DNA of 64,000 nucleotides from the NCBI GenBank assembly GCA_951406725.2, contig OX597823.1, positions 40,176,001-40,240,000 of the forward strand. Direction: 5' to 3'. This document shows positions 1 through 14,066 of the stretch, piece by piece. The stretch is from Octopus vulgaris (lineage: Eukaryota). Below the pieces are notes generated by a model. That model was given only the letters and a program-made list of their open reading frames with translations, had not been told where the DNA came from and made no database searches. The number at the start of each line of letters is the position of its first letter. Positions within the stretch are counted from its first letter, which is position 1. The translations under genes and the position numbers were made by a program.

Positions 1-44
1 CTCTAAGCACAAGACCCGAAATGTTTTTCGGGGGAAGAGATCCA

Positions 45-580
45 ATCGATATGATCGACCCCAGTACGCAATTGGTAATTTATTTATCGACCCCGAAGGG
101 ATGAATGGCAAAGTCGACTTCGGCGGAATTTGAACTCAGAACGTATAGAAAGACGAAATACCTGTTTCTTTATTTACCCACAAGGGGCTAAACATAGAGG
201 GGACAAACAAGGACAGACAAACGGATTAAGTCGATTACATCGACCCCAGTGCGTAATTGGTACTAAATTTATCGACCCCGAAAGGATAAAAGGCAAAGTC
301 AACCTCGGCGGAATTTGAACTCAGAACGTAACGGCAGACGAAATACGTATTTCTTTATTACCCACAAGGGGCTAAACACAGAGGGGACAAACAAGGACAG
401 ACAAACGAATTAAGTCGATTACATCGACCCCAGTGCGTAATTGATACTAAATTTATCGACCCAGAAAGGATGAAAGGCAAAGTCAACCTCGGCGGAATTT
501 GAACTCAGAACGTAACGGCAGACGAAATACGACTACGCATTTCGCCCGGCGTGCTAACGTTTCTGCCAGCTTGCCGCCTT
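45..580 (-). mobile_element. Tandem array (~3 units, ~183-bp period) of a tRNA-derived SINE with a MetaSINE-like central domain
   Basis: Minus strand: head GGCGGCAAGCTGGCAGAAACGTTAGCACGCCGGGCGAAATG, box-B-like GAGTTCAAATTCC, central TTTGCCTTTCATCCTTTCGGGGTCGATAAA-type block, tail ...AGCCCCTTGTGGGTAATAAAGAAA. The body recurs at ~55-160, ~240-347 and ~422-530. Confidence 0.8.
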
Positions 581-930
581 AAAATTAGCAATAATTGAAA
601 TGTCAATGAAGTCGCGTTTAGCCGGCAGGCTGAGCAGCAATTCATTATTAGCGACGGACGTCAGTGACCTTTCAGTCATTGTTTAACTATATCAGTCAGT
701 TTAAATGCCGGGATTTGCTTGATATGAGCTGATGTAGACATCTGCGGCTGAAGAAGCTAACAAGCAGAAATCTGAATCCAGCAATTTCGTCACCAATACT
801 GGGTGACCTTCGTCCGGGGCTAACATTTTTCGGTGTTTTAAACACTATTTGTCTGTAAGAGATACTTTCGCGGGGAAAAACCTGCAGTTTAGAAGGCTCT
901 CAAGCATCTACATACTTTAAATATATAAAT

Positions 931-1322
931 AGGCGCAGAAGTGGCTGTGTGGTAAGTAGCTTGCTAACCAACCACATGGTTCCGTGTTCAGTCCCACTGC
1001 GTGGCATCTTGGGCAAGTGTCTTCTGCTATAGCACCGGGCCGACCAATGCCTTGTGAGTGGATTTGGTAGACGGAAACTGAAAGAAGCCTGTCGTATATA
1101 TGTGTGTGTGTGTATGTGTTTGTCCGCCTAGCATTGCTTGGCAACCGATGCTGGTGTGTTTACGTCCCCGTAACTTAGCGGTTCGGCAAAAGAGACCGAT
1201 AGAATAAGTACTGGGCTTACAAAGAATAAGTCCCGGGGTCGATTTGCTCGACTAAAAGGCGGTGCTCCAGCATGGCCGCAGTCAAATGACTGAAACAAGT
1301 AAAAGAGTAAAAGAGTAAAGAG
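931..1322 (+). mobile_element. Full-length tRNA-derived SINE (CORE-like CTTGGGCAAGTG block), octopus-type
   Basis: Box A-like TGGCTGTGTGG, box B-like GTTCAGTCCC, internal (TA)/(TG) microsatellite, tail of AAAGAGT repeats. Further copies at ~3093, ~25040(-), ~42903 and ~45940. Confidence 0.85.
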
Positions 1323-2061
1323 TATACACAGATCGTTAAATTTGAACTAATACTTTTTTAGTCGCAAGTAATGAATATATATGTGTGTGTGTGTATGTGT
1401 GCGTGCGTGTTCGTGTGGGGTATGTATTCATATGTACATGTATGTATGTATGTATGTATGTATGTATGTATGTATGTATGTATGTATGTATGTATGTATG
1501 TGTCTATATGAGAAATACGGTGTATTACACAAGAGTATATATACATATATATATTTCATATTCAGCTGTGAAGTTGCATAAGCGACTAAATGTTCGAGAA
1601 TTCCATTCATTGCACTGTATCTGGTTTAACTTAACTCACTGCGAAATTTCACAGTGAGGTAGTTTAAATATTTGAATCAGCCTTCAGGTATCACCAGAGA
1701 AGTACTAAATTTATTCTGGTAAAATATTGAATGAGATCTCAAGTGTCTTGTGAAATAACGTTAAAGACATCAGGAATAAATCAAGAACAAAGTGGAATAA
1801 TGGGTAATAAAATCAATAGAACTTTGAAAGAAGATTGTTAAGGTGAATCACTTAATAAAAATATGTTTGGTGACTAATTTGTTTTGACGTCTAAGTTTTG
1901 GTAAACTTGATGAAATATCATTGTTGAGTTTATGGAAAGAGCGAAGTGTGTTAAAAATGGTGTGTATATTGAAATTGAGATATCGTCTGTTGCAGATCTT
2001 TAGGGCCTGAATTTAGTAAGGAAGGTAGCAACTATTGCATATTGTAATACACATTCTTACC

Positions 2062-2098
<37 letters not shown>

Positions 2099-2113
2099 TT
2101 CATTCATTCATTT

Positions 2114-2208
<95 letters not shown>

Positions 2209-2375
2209 ATATCCATATGTCTTATATTATAAAAAAGAAGCGGATTTCCGTCTGTCTGTCCGTCATGACATCTATTAGAGGGAAGGAAAAAAAGGAGGAA
2301 GCAAAATACACGTTAGAACATTTCTAAAAGAAGGGAGGAGGAAAAGTTGTTGGGAGAGAAATACAGTGAATGAGT

Positions 2376-2409
<34 letters not shown>

Positions 2410-2600
2410 CAGACAGACAGAGAAAGAGAGTGAGAGAGAGAAAGAGTGAAAGATAGATAGATAGGAAATTAGGAAGATAGATAAATAAATACACAGACAG
2501 ATAAAGAGGTAGTGTTTTCACAATAGTAACTAACGTTTTGATTTAAAACTTGGAAAATATAAGTGCAAGTCTGTCAAAACAATGCAACATACATCAAGTC

Positions 2601-2670
<70 letters not shown>

Positions 2671-3013
2671 TAAAATATCAGCTTTTTGAGTTGTTTGTGG
2701 ACGTGTGTATTTCTGTGTGTATGTGTGTGTGCGTGCGCTCGTGTGTGAGTGTGCGTATGTGTGTGTGTGTAAAAGATAAATAGGTAGTGTTATCACCTTG
2801 ATAACTAACAAGTTTTGCTTAAAACCGCGTATTAAAAACAAGCCTGTCAACACAATATAGTGTTTAAGAAATGGCTGTACATACATACATACATACATGC
2901 GTATATATAATCCATATATTATTTGTGTGTGTATGCGCGTGTATGTGTGTGTGTTTTGTGCCTTTCAACATGTAGACAATGCTGCATAGACTTTAGAAAA
3001 AGATCTTGTGTGT

Positions 3014-3049
<36 letters not shown>

Positions 3050-3092
3050 TTATATATGTGTGTGTGTATATATGTATATATATGGGAATATA

Positions 3093-3490
3093 TAGGAATG
3101 GCTGCATAGTAAGGAGCTTTCTCGCCAACCACATGGTTCCGAGTTCAGTCCCATTGCGTAGCACCTTGGGCAATTGTCTTCTATTATAGCCTCGGGCCGA
3201 CCAAAGCCTTGTGAGTGGACTTGGTAGACGGAAACTGAAAGAAGCCTGTCACACACACACATATGTGTATATATGTATGAGTGTGTTTGTTATTTGTGTC
3301 TGTGTTTGTCCCCACACCGTCGCTTAACAACTGATGTTGGTTTGTTTACGTCCCTGTCAACTAGCGGTTCGGCAACAGTGACCAATAGAATAAGTACTAT
3401 GCTTACAAAGAATAAGTCCTGGGGTAGATTTGTTCGACTAAAGATGGTGCTCCAGCATGGCTGCAGTGAAATTACCGAAACAAGTAAAAG
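3093..3490 (+). mobile_element. SINE copy, same family as 931-1322
   Basis: CCACATGGTTCCGAGTTCAGTCCC...CCTTGGGCAA...GGAAACTGAAAGAAGCC...GGTGCTCCAGCATGG matches the 931 copy. Confidence 0.85.
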
Positions 3491-4083
3491 AATATATATA
3501 TACATATACATCAGTTGAACACCGAGGTCGATGTAATTAAATTAACTCCTCGTCCGAAATTGCTGGCCTCGTACCGAAATTTGAAATCTATAATTTTTCG
3601 AATTTATGAAGGTTATAAGAAATGAATGTCTTATCAATATAGAAAAGTAAATACAATATTTTATATCCCTAAATATATAACTGGATTGATTCACCATTAT
3701 TTTTTGTTTGAAAACATATCCCATATTTTATGATAGTCCCTTCCAACTTTATGATGACATGTTGTATGATAGATATTTAACTATATATGTCATATACGAT
3801 ATGAGTAGTTATGATTATGATTTACGAATTATGATTAAGAGGAAGTACTATTCTTATTTGTATTTTGTTATGATCCAGTTAATATCTAATTAACAAAAAA
3901 AAAGAACGTTATAATTCATGACAGTATAATTATCCTCCAATATTGCAATGAAAACTAAGCAACATTAAACCTTGAAATAAAAGTATGGAGCTGGGTGTTG
4001 CGTGACAAAAATACCATTTTCGCGCACGCAGACATAATTACAATGAAACTGTCAATTATTTGAGCTGTTAGAGCGTTGCGTGA

Positions 4084-4405
4084 AGGAGCGTGGTTTGGTG
4101 GTTAGGTGTATTCGACTAACGATCGTAAGGTTGTGAGTTAGATATCCGGTAGCCAGTCGTGTCTTTGAGCAAGATACTTTATTTCACGTTGCTCCAAGTC
4201 CACTCAGCTGGTAAAAATGCGTAGTACCTGTATTTCAACAGGCCAGCCTTATCCCAATCGGTGTGTCACGCTGAATTTCCTTAAGAACTACGTTACAGGT
4301 ACGAGTGTTTGTGGAGTGCTCAGCCACATACACGTTAATTTATCGAGCAGGCCGTTCCGTTGATCAGTTTAACTGGAAAACTTGTCGTAACTGACGGAGT
4401 TCCTG
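4084..4405 (+). mobile_element. tRNA-derived SINE (third family)
   Basis: tRNA-like head, then GTGTCTTTGAGCAAGATACTTTATTTCACGTTGCTCC..CCACTCAGCTGG. A related partial copy lies at ~17920-18055. Confidence 0.65.
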
Positions 4406-6124
4406 TTTAAGAGCGTCGTATATATTACTTTACAGTAATCATCCAGACTCTCTACGATTTTAGTCAAAATTCTGCCCAGGCCAACCTCGATTTTCATCAT
4501 TTCATGGTCGACATAAAGGCATAAAGTACCAGTTGTATACTGGAGTCTCAACTCTTTCTATTTCTCTCACCTTTTCTTTCTGTCAGTCAGTCTATTTCTC
4601 TTTTGGAAAAAAAAAAAAAAAACGTTGGTTGTAGTCCGACGTGGAGACAGATGGGTTCCATAAAAGGTCTTAATATATCTAATACACTCTCATATATCAC
4701 TTCTTTGAATTCACCAATGAGTTAAGGACCCAAGACAAAAATCAAGGCAATGACAAATGATTACGTGCGAAACTGAATTTCTGTCAGCGTGCAGCAAGTG
4801 TTATAAACGTTACATCCACCAATCTTCGCCTACAATTACTGGTCAGAGACGTGACAGTATAGTCCTCAGCCATCTCTTCCTCAGGGTCCTATTAGAAGCA
4901 ACCGGTACCAAGCATGACCAACAGAGACTATGAATATTATCCGATCATTTCGTTCTTCGTTTACCCTAGGTCTCCTGTCGGTTGGTTCGGCTTAAAGAAT
5001 CTGTCTTGTGATTCTTTTCTGGGACATTCTAATCACATGTCCGCAATACAGGAGCTGTGACCACTCAACGCAGAGAAGTAGCGGCTCGACCTGGAAAAAC
5101 TCTCTGATCCCAGAGCTTCTCACCTTGTCGAGTGGCATTACTCTAGAAACCATTCGGAGGAACCCCAGTCAGCGACTTTTCTTTGCGATCGTACTCTGTC
5201 GGTCCTTACCCAATATTCAGAAACGTCATATCTATAATGAAAATGCGCTATAATTCTTAACGAATTTTAATTTTCATAACTAACCTTAATGACGATTAAT
5301 AATATTAATTTAAAAATCATAAATAGTGAGACGCATTAATACACAGCTTTCATGTTATTACACATAATATTTAATTCTCATCAAGCAAGTTCAGCTGATG
5401 TGATTCTCCACGGAAATTAAACTTAATTATAATATTTCATAAACATCTTTAATGACTTTTATATGTCAAGACTAATTACTGATCGAGTTCAATTTATTAA
5501 CGAAAACTATTCAAAATTCTCATTAGAGAGTTTAATTAATAGTAATTGGTGTTATTTGACTTCTTATGTGAACACAGAGACACAAATTAGTAGCAATGAG
5601 TTCCGTCGTTCCTGGGTACGTTACCAAAATTTAAATGAATGAAATGTCTGTTTGGAATACAGAACATTGTGACATCGAAATAAATATTTAAAGGCATTCA
5701 CCTCAAGCATGTATAATTTCTGTCATTCCACTGGCTTTAGAAATTGGTATTAAAATATCTTGCACATTTACTTAAAGTATGTTCTGTATCTATTTGATAG
5801 GATATAATATTTGTTTAAATTAATTAAACATTAACTTACAATGTATTTTATAGTTATTAGAGATATGTTGTATCTGTACTTAATGTATGTTCTATATCAA
5901 TTTGAAATACTTTTCTAAAGCTATTAGAGATGTGTCCTATGTTTATTAAAATATATATATATATTCTGTATTTAATTAAAGTAGCCTCTATATTTATAAT
6001 TTTATGCAGGGAAATAATCTCAATCAAAACAAACTAAAAATAAAATAGAAGTACTGCTTATATTGTGTTTAATTCTGTAGATGATGATGATGATGATGAT
6101 GATGATGATAATAATATTAACAAC

Positions 6125-6500
6125 AACAAGAGCATTCAGAGAGTGCAAACCTCCGCCAAGGCAACAACAACGTCTTCTGAACGATTAGTCAGAGATGATT
6201 TTTAAAATGAGAATATCGGAAAAAAACTCGACTGCTCTCACAAACGAGAATACTAAAAACGAACCTGACCGCTCTCTAAAATTAAGTAAAAAAAAAAAAA
6301 AAGGGAAAATAATTCTGAATCCTTGTTCGGTACCATATTGATCTCAAAATCTAATCAGTCACAAGGCCAGTCACAAGGCCAAACATCCCTGAAAGTTTCA
6401 TCCAAATCCATCCAGCGGTTCTTGAGATATCTTGTCCACGGACAAACAAACAAACACGACTGGAAACAATACCTCCGCCTTCGCTAAGGTGGAGGTAATA
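6125..6500 (-). mobile_element. Non-autonomous Helentron-type (HINE/DINE-1-like) element
   Basis: Minus strand: 5' TTACCTCCACCTTAGCGAAGGCGGAGGTA (subterminal repeat plus its inverted copy), (GTTT)n microsatellite, 3' CCTTGGCGGAGGT, then stem-loop GCACTCTCTGAATGC and TCTTGTT; T-rich flanks. Confidence 0.7.
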
Positions 6501-6929
6501 ATAATAATCCAAGCACAAATCCTGAAATTTTGGGGAAATAACTAGTTTCACTGGCATTTAATTCATCGACCCCGAAAGGATGAAAGGCAAAGTCGACCTC
6601 GGTGGCGTATATGCCGAGCTGCTGTATGGGGCGCAAATTGCCAGGATTGGTTAATCTGTTCTATAAGATATAATTCCATAAGCCTGACTCGTTTTCTCCT
6701 GTCTCTTGGTAGCCGTCTACTACAGCTGGCAACAGACTTGGAACATTCCAACACTGCGAGTGAGCCGAGGAGTGGAGAAAATGTTAAGGAAGATTCCATG
6801 ACTGAAAATTTTAAAACTATAATTTCCGATCAACACAAAGTTAAAGAGTTTAGCAAAGATGCTCAACAGAAGGCTGGCTCTTGTCGGTAGCGAAGTGGAA
6901 TACGCGCAACCTATGCGATCCTGGACACG

Positions 6930-7130
6930 TCTGTCCTAGATAACATCCACTTCATCTGATATATTTATAGGAGAGGTCGAGAATAGATCTGGCATTGACA
7001 GGACGCTGATCAATTGGATCAGCCCAAGACATTCGACAGGGTGGACCCTGGCCACCTATCGGATTCTTTCCCGTCTTCAGAGGCCAGATCATCGCAGTGT
7101 ACAATGTCATCTGTTTGCTGGGGCTGAAAG
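6930..7130 (+). pseudogene. Degraded L1/Tx1-type reverse transcriptase fragment
   Basis: Translates to LDNIHFI*YI...TLINWDQPKTFDRVD, resembling the L1/Tx1 RT segment IxDNxHLIR...ALINLDQxKAFDRVDH; contains stops and frameshifts. Confidence 0.6.
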
Positions 7131-7653
7131 GACTTACTCTGAGAATACTTTTATAAGAGCAAAGAAACTAGAAGAAAACATTTCAGATGCCTTGGAGGCA
7201 AGTACTTCTCCGTAAACAGTTTTCAGTTTGAAACATATAACAAAAGCAAAAACTAAGATTCCCCTCAACCACAAAAAATAAAAAAAAATAACAATAAAAC
7301 ACGACGAAAGTATAACACAAACATACATAAAAACAATTTCGTACATTCTAGAAGTTTTACTTCATCAGTTTCTGTGTCTCAACTTGGTCGATGATTCTTT
7401 TCAAGTCTACTATTTTGTATACGGTGCTGTTTCCTTGAAAGTCTTCTATTCAAGATCGAGTTATTTTTAGTTGTTATAAATAATCATCTTTCACTTTGTC
7501 GGCTGCACACTTTTTTAAGGTTTGTATTGTGTTCAAATTTGGAAAGCTAGAGAGAAAAAAAACAAGAATTTTAAACCAAATAATTTCAATGTTTTTACTT
7601 CTATCAAGTGCGACATAAATTTATGTACACTCGTATACATACACACGCACACG

Positions 7654-7738
<85 letters not shown>

Positions 7739-7997
7739 ACGTGTGTGTGTAGTGTGTGTATATATATATTAGGTCATTATGATTGAAGAATATATTTTAT
7801 GTGTAAACTTGCATAAAATATTCATGCTGATCTCTTCAAATATGTATATAACTTATTCTAAATCAATGCACATGATGCTTGGAATAATTGGATGGTACCA
7901 TTGTATCTGGCAGGATATAAAACAGCTTACATGTACTGCAATTAGTGCAGATGGAGAAGTTTATCAATACATTATTGAAATCGATAGTTCATATCGA

Positions 7998-8136
7998 TCA
8001 AGAGACATTCTTTGAGAGTTTTCTTCCCAAACCTAAAGCTGCTTCAATCGATCTAAATTCTGCGATTCCAGCAGGATTTGAAAATATCAACAAATATTGA
8101 TTACAATTTTTAGTTGCTCTGAAGTAAAATTGGAGT
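7998..8136 (-). CDS. Candidate terminal coding exon of an unidentified gene (LQFYFRATKNCNQYLLIFSNPAGIAEFRSIEAALGLGRKLSKNVS*)
   Basis: Acceptor TTCTTTATTCTTCAG precedes 45 open codons ending in TGA, in non-repetitive sequence. No recognisable homology. Confidence 0.25.
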
Positions 8137-8901
8137 CTGAAGAATAAAGAACACAAGAATATGGTGGTGGTGGTGGTGGAGAAGGCGTTCGGGTGGGATG
8201 AGGGTATATGTTAATGATTGTTGTAAAAGTAAATAGTAGCGGAGATGTCGATAGGAAGTGTTATGAAGGTGCTAGTGTGTATTTTGATGATTGTTGTTTA
8301 AATAGGTGATGGTGGGAGCATGTATTAAGATACAAAGAGGTGGGAAGGGGAATGTTTTTGCATTTTTTCTTTTTCGTTGAGTTGTTTTATGTTTATTAAC
8401 AACAAAATGTTGAATCTACGAATAATATTAAGGAAGATGATCAAGGCTATGCCGATGACGATGACGATGATGAAAATCATTTCTTTCAAGGCCATATGTG
8501 TAAGCATAATGGTTACAGTCAATTAAATTGATTCCATTACATGACTAAAAGTTTTCTACCCCCATCCCTTTCACCGCCAGAAGCAAAGTAGACCAAAATC
8601 CAGATTTGAAATGTAAAACGCGAAACTACATACTATAAAACATATAGTACTTTACTGAGTTTATTAACTTGCCCTCATTTTGATGATAATAATGATATCT
8701 TTTGAAACTAATTACTTAACAGAAAGCGTATGAACTCCTGGTCCTTATATTTTAGTTAATCTCCAATGAGATTATTTTAGTTAATCTCCAATGGAAAGGT
8801 TGAGAAGTAAGTAGGAAACTGAAAGAAAATTTAAAAGGTTTACAAACATTATAAATTATGATTCTTTATTTCCCGAGTAGAGTGGGGGATGGGGGCTAAC
8901 A

Positions 8902-9194
<293 letters not shown>

Positions 9195-9529
9195 ATGTCT
9201 ATCTAACAGTCTGACTGTCATTCAATCATTTTCTCTCTCCGTCAATATATTTATTATGCTCGTATGTGTAGTATATGTATGATATGAGCATATGTATATG
9301 CATGTTTTATTCAGTGGACCCTTGTCCAGACATTATGCGATGACCAGAAATGAGCATCACTGTCATACAAGCGATGGGGTTCGTTTCCAGTCTTCAATGG
9401 GGAAAATATGACTTTGCTCGGAAACAGATGACAGTTGGTGCGTTGTCAACAGGAAGAGCCTCCGGCTAAAGAAAATCTGCTTCTACAAATTAAGTCTAAC
9501 TCATGCAAGCACGGAAAGTGGCCATTGAA

Positions 9530-9560
<31 letters not shown>

Positions 9561-9564
9561 CATA

Positions 9565-9699
<135 letters not shown>

Positions 9700-9868
9700 A
9701 TACATATGTATATATATATATGCACACATATATACCGCATTTTAACGTGTATAAGGAACCACTTAATTTTTGGAGCTAAAAATTTGGAATATGCTTTTGT
9801 AAAGGATTATAATACTATCTATATATAAGAAATTACCATAATTTTTTAACCTAATTTTTGACGAAAAG

Positions 9869-9916
<48 letters not shown>

Positions 9917-9983
9917 CCGCGTGTGTACCGTTGGCGATTTTTTCCCTCTGTCTTCCCTTCTCTGGATCTTTCCTTCTCCTATG

Positions 9984-10016
9984 TTTCCGACGAAGAGCTC
10001 CGCTCGAAACGTTAAA
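9984..10016 (+). ncRNA. Minimal type-I hammerhead ribozyme-like motif in a PLE-end fragment (9915-10117) flanked by (TA)n
   Basis: TTT-CCGACGA-A-GAGC(TCC)GCTC-GAAA-CG-TT-AAA: stem I TTT/AAA, stem II GAGC/GCTC, palindromic AACGTT in place of stem III. U4 is replaced by C. Confidence 0.7.
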
Positions 10017-10527
10017 TCCTCCTTCTTTCCTTCTTTCCTGAACGTCCAATAATACTATATTTGTTCCACGTCCTCGCGTTGTTATGTTTTTTTGTGCTTT
10101 CTTGTTTGGATTAACTTTATATATATATATATCTCGTTGCTATTATGTTAAACTGCTGTCTGTCAAAATGTGGTCAAATGCGTTTTTTTTTTTTTTCAAT
10201 ATTTTATTTTTCTTGCAATATCCGTTTCATTTGGTCAGGCTATCGTACCACCAGCTGCTTCAGATGCCAAGATATGAAAATTGTCTAAGTGTAGTACAAC
10301 GGTTTAGTATTTTTCAAAAGAAAATATCATACATGCATGGAATTACGATTTTATGCACCCAACAAAGTATTATTTTTAAGCTGAAACTGTTACTAATGTT
10401 AAAAGAAACGGAATGGTGAAACTATCTTTTCGTTTTCGGAAAAAGCTACGTTTTGGATTTACGACATTTTGCATAATAGCAACAATATATACACATACAT
10501 ACATACATACATACATACATACATACA

Positions 10528-10560
<33 letters not shown>

Positions 10561-10804
10561 GTATATATATAAATATATATATTATATGTGTATGTATATG
10601 TGTGTGCGCACGAACACACACACATATGCATAAATAGGAAATAATGGAAACAAGGCACCAATGTTTGCTGGAAATAGCAGTCGATAACCGTACACAGGAA
10701 GTATAAAGGGAAATATTTCTCTTATATTTCCTATATCTCTCCCTATTCAAAATAAATTCTTGTATTGAACTCTATTATTTCCTTCTATTTAACTCTCTCA
10801 TATC

Positions 10805-10852
10805 GTCTCTGATGATGGGATCTCCTTTATATACCTGAAACAGCTGTAAGAC
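10805..10852 (+). ncRNA. Minimal type-I hammerhead ribozyme-like motif
   Basis: GTCT-CTGATGA-T-GGGATCTCCTTTATATACCT-GAAA-CAGCTG-TA-AGAC: canonical core, stem I GTCT/AGAC, palindrome ACAGCTGT, GUA triplet. Stem II is weak. Confidence 0.7.
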
Positions 10853-12378
10853 TACTTTTCTCGTTATAAATGTCCGACAAATTTCACACTACCTTGGTTT
10901 TCTTGTCTCATTTTATTTAACATATACGCCCTCACACACAACCTGCGTTAGACTCCTCACTCATACTATTATCGATCTGGGAGTCTAACAGCGGTCCTTC
11001 CATAGCACTTACATAGCCTTACCTGCCTTTTGGTTCTTCTGGTTACCAAAACCTCTTAAATTATATATACTTGGTTGGCAATTATATGTTACGATTCCGT
11101 ACTGTTACTTTTTATACCTCGCTCCGAGGTTTAATATAGTTTATTTCTCCTTTTTCGAGATCAGCATATAGTATTTTGCGAGTGGAATGAGTTTTCCTCT
11201 CTAGCTTGTGATTAACACACGCTGAGGACGGGTAACCACCCAGAAACTCAAGTTTGTTTGTATCACGTAAGGTTAGAGATGGGAGCGATGACCTCCCCTC
11301 GCAAATACTAATCGGACACAGAATGTGTGTCGTTAGCCAGCTGGAAGAGATGTCTTCCTGGGGTTATAAAAGTCAGTAGCACTGTCCTGTATAGGACGCC
11401 ACACTTGGCTAGCAATTATCTATATATACATGTTTATATCTATAAAACATATGTATATATATGTACAATATATATGTATGTATGTATATATATACGCACA
11501 CACATATATATATTATCTATATATCTGTATCTATATCTATCTATATCTATCTTTCTATCTATCTATCTATACCACACACACATATATACTTACATACATA
11601 TATATACAAATACAAACGAGTACACATACATACACTCACATACACACGCGCCACTCTTCCTACACACATATATATATACACGAATGTTTGTATATGTACA
11701 TATGCGTATATGTACCCCTTCTTTTCTTATGTCTGGATATTTATTGTGCTACATAAAATCTGAAGAGTAAGCAATCAAGTCGTGATAGAATCATAGAAGT
11801 AAATCGAAGACTGGCGGTCGGCACCATTCCGGACTGTTACACACCCTGTTGTACAAATATGTCGTTAACAGCGGTTGATCGTAAATCACCCTCGAAGAAG
11901 AGATATATTTCGCCAGTTTTGACTTAATTTTCTTTCACCCTCTTTTCTTAGACAATATTATTGTGGTAGCGAGTTGTTTAAGCAATTCTATTTCTCTGCG
12001 AAGTAAACGATTTTTATAGGTTTAGGAAATTAAAAGATTGTTCGTAGATACAACACCAAAAATTGTCTGTATGTAATTTTTACCGTTTATTTTCTAAATA
12101 ACAACACGAATAAACCTGGGTGGATTTTATTGGTTAAATAATGCAATAATAACAATATTTGACGAAAATGATCTTGTCACATGTGATTTTATTGGGCTTC
12201 TGTGTGCGTTTTTGTGTGTTGTACATCTAAAATATGAAATAAGATTTTTTTTCCTGTCAGGTTTAGTTTTCTTGCGACACCTGTTCATTTTCCGTTCAAT
12301 TACCGGATAAAAATAAAGAAAAATACATAATATTCTAATTACTATCTCTACAATAGTTTAATATTACTGTATACATTA

Positions 12379-12592
12379 AGGCGGCAAGTTGGCAGAATCG
12401 TTAGCACGCCGGTCAAAATGCTTAGTGGCATTTCGTCCGTCTCTACGTCCTGAGTCCAAATTCCGCTGAGGTTTACTTTGCCTTTCATACTTTCAGAATC
12501 GATAAAATAAGTAACTGTTGAGCACAGGAATCGATGTAATTGACTTACTCCCTCTCCCCAAATTACTGACCTTGTGCCAAAATTTAAAACCA
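12379..12592 (+). mobile_element. MetaSINE-like SINE copy (others at ~19690-19895+, 24579-24780+, 43600-43810-, 54278-54470+)
   Basis: AGGCGGCAAGTTGGCAGAATCGTTAGCACGCCGG...TTTGCCTTTCAT...TCGATAAAATAAGTA matches the family at 45-580. Confidence 0.8.
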
Positions 12593-14066
12593 AGATTGCT
12601 GTATATGTTATAGTAATTGTTATGCAAAATTGGTGTCACCGATTTTGATGGCATATAAGACACATTCCAAGTAATGTCTCAGAAAATCATCTCAGGTTCT
12701 GTAATTGAAGTTTCTTTAAATATTACTATTTTCCCTGAATATGTGCAGACAAAAACTGGGGTGCATCTAATATGTCCCTGTTTTAATAATGCTAGCCGGA
12801 TAAATTTGGTTGTACTTAAAGACTTTGGAGACTGTGTAGTTTGAAATATCTATAGATTTGTTCAGACACGGGTCTAGTGTCTCTGCTGTAACCAGCATCA
12901 AATCAGTTTTCTTGTAAATACTCCACTGTTAACAGCTAGTGTGTGTGGTGTTTAGTTGGGTTTTACACCAATTTTGTGTTTATGTAAATACTTTACCAAG
13001 CTGTGAATTGCCCGAATTATTCATGTTTCTTCTGTTAGGTATGGAGTGATCTAACTTTAAAATTCAAAACCGTACACTTCACTTCATGAGAGAAAAAAGC
13101 TTTGAATTTTATTTCTGATGGAAAGTGGATAATGAAGCCAAGAATAAGGACTCACAGTTATCAACTTCCCATATCAAATATTCATCAAATATCTTCCAAT
13201 TATGGTCGAGGAATCAAACGAAGTTGGAACATATCACGTGGTATAAGATGATATTTCTGATCCAATATTCCAGGTTAACCATTCGTCCAATGAAGCAAAT
13301 TTAGGTAACAAGAAAATCTGATTGATTTAAAAGGTTGGAATCTAGTGTAACTGTAACTTGGTTATTAAAGTTTATGCTTTATGCAGCTGCCATGATGAAT
13401 TCAAAGAATGGCGCTTCCATGAAAATTGAACTTTTACTTTGTAAAGATGTTAATTCAACCATACGTAGTGTTGGTCATGAACATAATATGGATGACTAGC
13501 GATGGTTGGTAGACTCCTCAAACGTCAACATGAAAGCACTTTTTCATATCTATTCCACATGTTACAAACATACCAAGCAATATAGTAAAAGGAAATTAAT
13601 TTTAGAAAAGTTACTGAATTTGCTGGGATAAAAGATGCACAGGCATATTAGACAACTGTACATATTCAAGAAAACCTGTTTTTAGTGTATTAAAGCACAA
13701 AATTGGCTTACAGGAAGTTCAACGTCGCAGGACCTGGCGTGATTTATTTGAGACACTTTTTTGTAAAATGTATATCTTATGTACCATTAAATACAGTATA
13801 CTAGGTACCGAAAATATTTGACTTAGATCAGAAAAAGAGGTGGAATATCCATGGAGATATTCAATGATGCAATAATTTCTATATCTCTACTGAGATCTGA
13901 AAGTCATTGTATTTTTTGCTACGATCGCAACTAGCTTAAAACGAGTATTATGGTGTCTTATATGATTGAGACGGTAGAGGCAAACTAAATTATTGTTTTA
14001 GAAGACATGGTTAAAATCTACCGCACTTGTTTCCAGATGGATAAGTGTTTTGATCGGTTCACTCGT

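Noticed and set aside
744-782. CTGAAGA-AGCTAACAAGCA-GAAA hammerhead-like core
   Set aside because: Stems I and III do not pair convincingly and there is no PLE context.
11221-11268. CTGAGGA-C-GGGT(AACC)ACCC-A-GAAAC hammerhead-like core
   Set aside because: Extra base before GAAA and no clear stem I or III; not supportable by eye.
11716-11759. Possible minus-strand exon with a TCTTCAG acceptor
   Set aside because: Stop codons in all three frames and a weak donor.
12620-13900. Non-repetitive stretch that looks like decayed coding sequence
   Set aside because: The parts I translated had frequent stops and no motif I could assign to a family.
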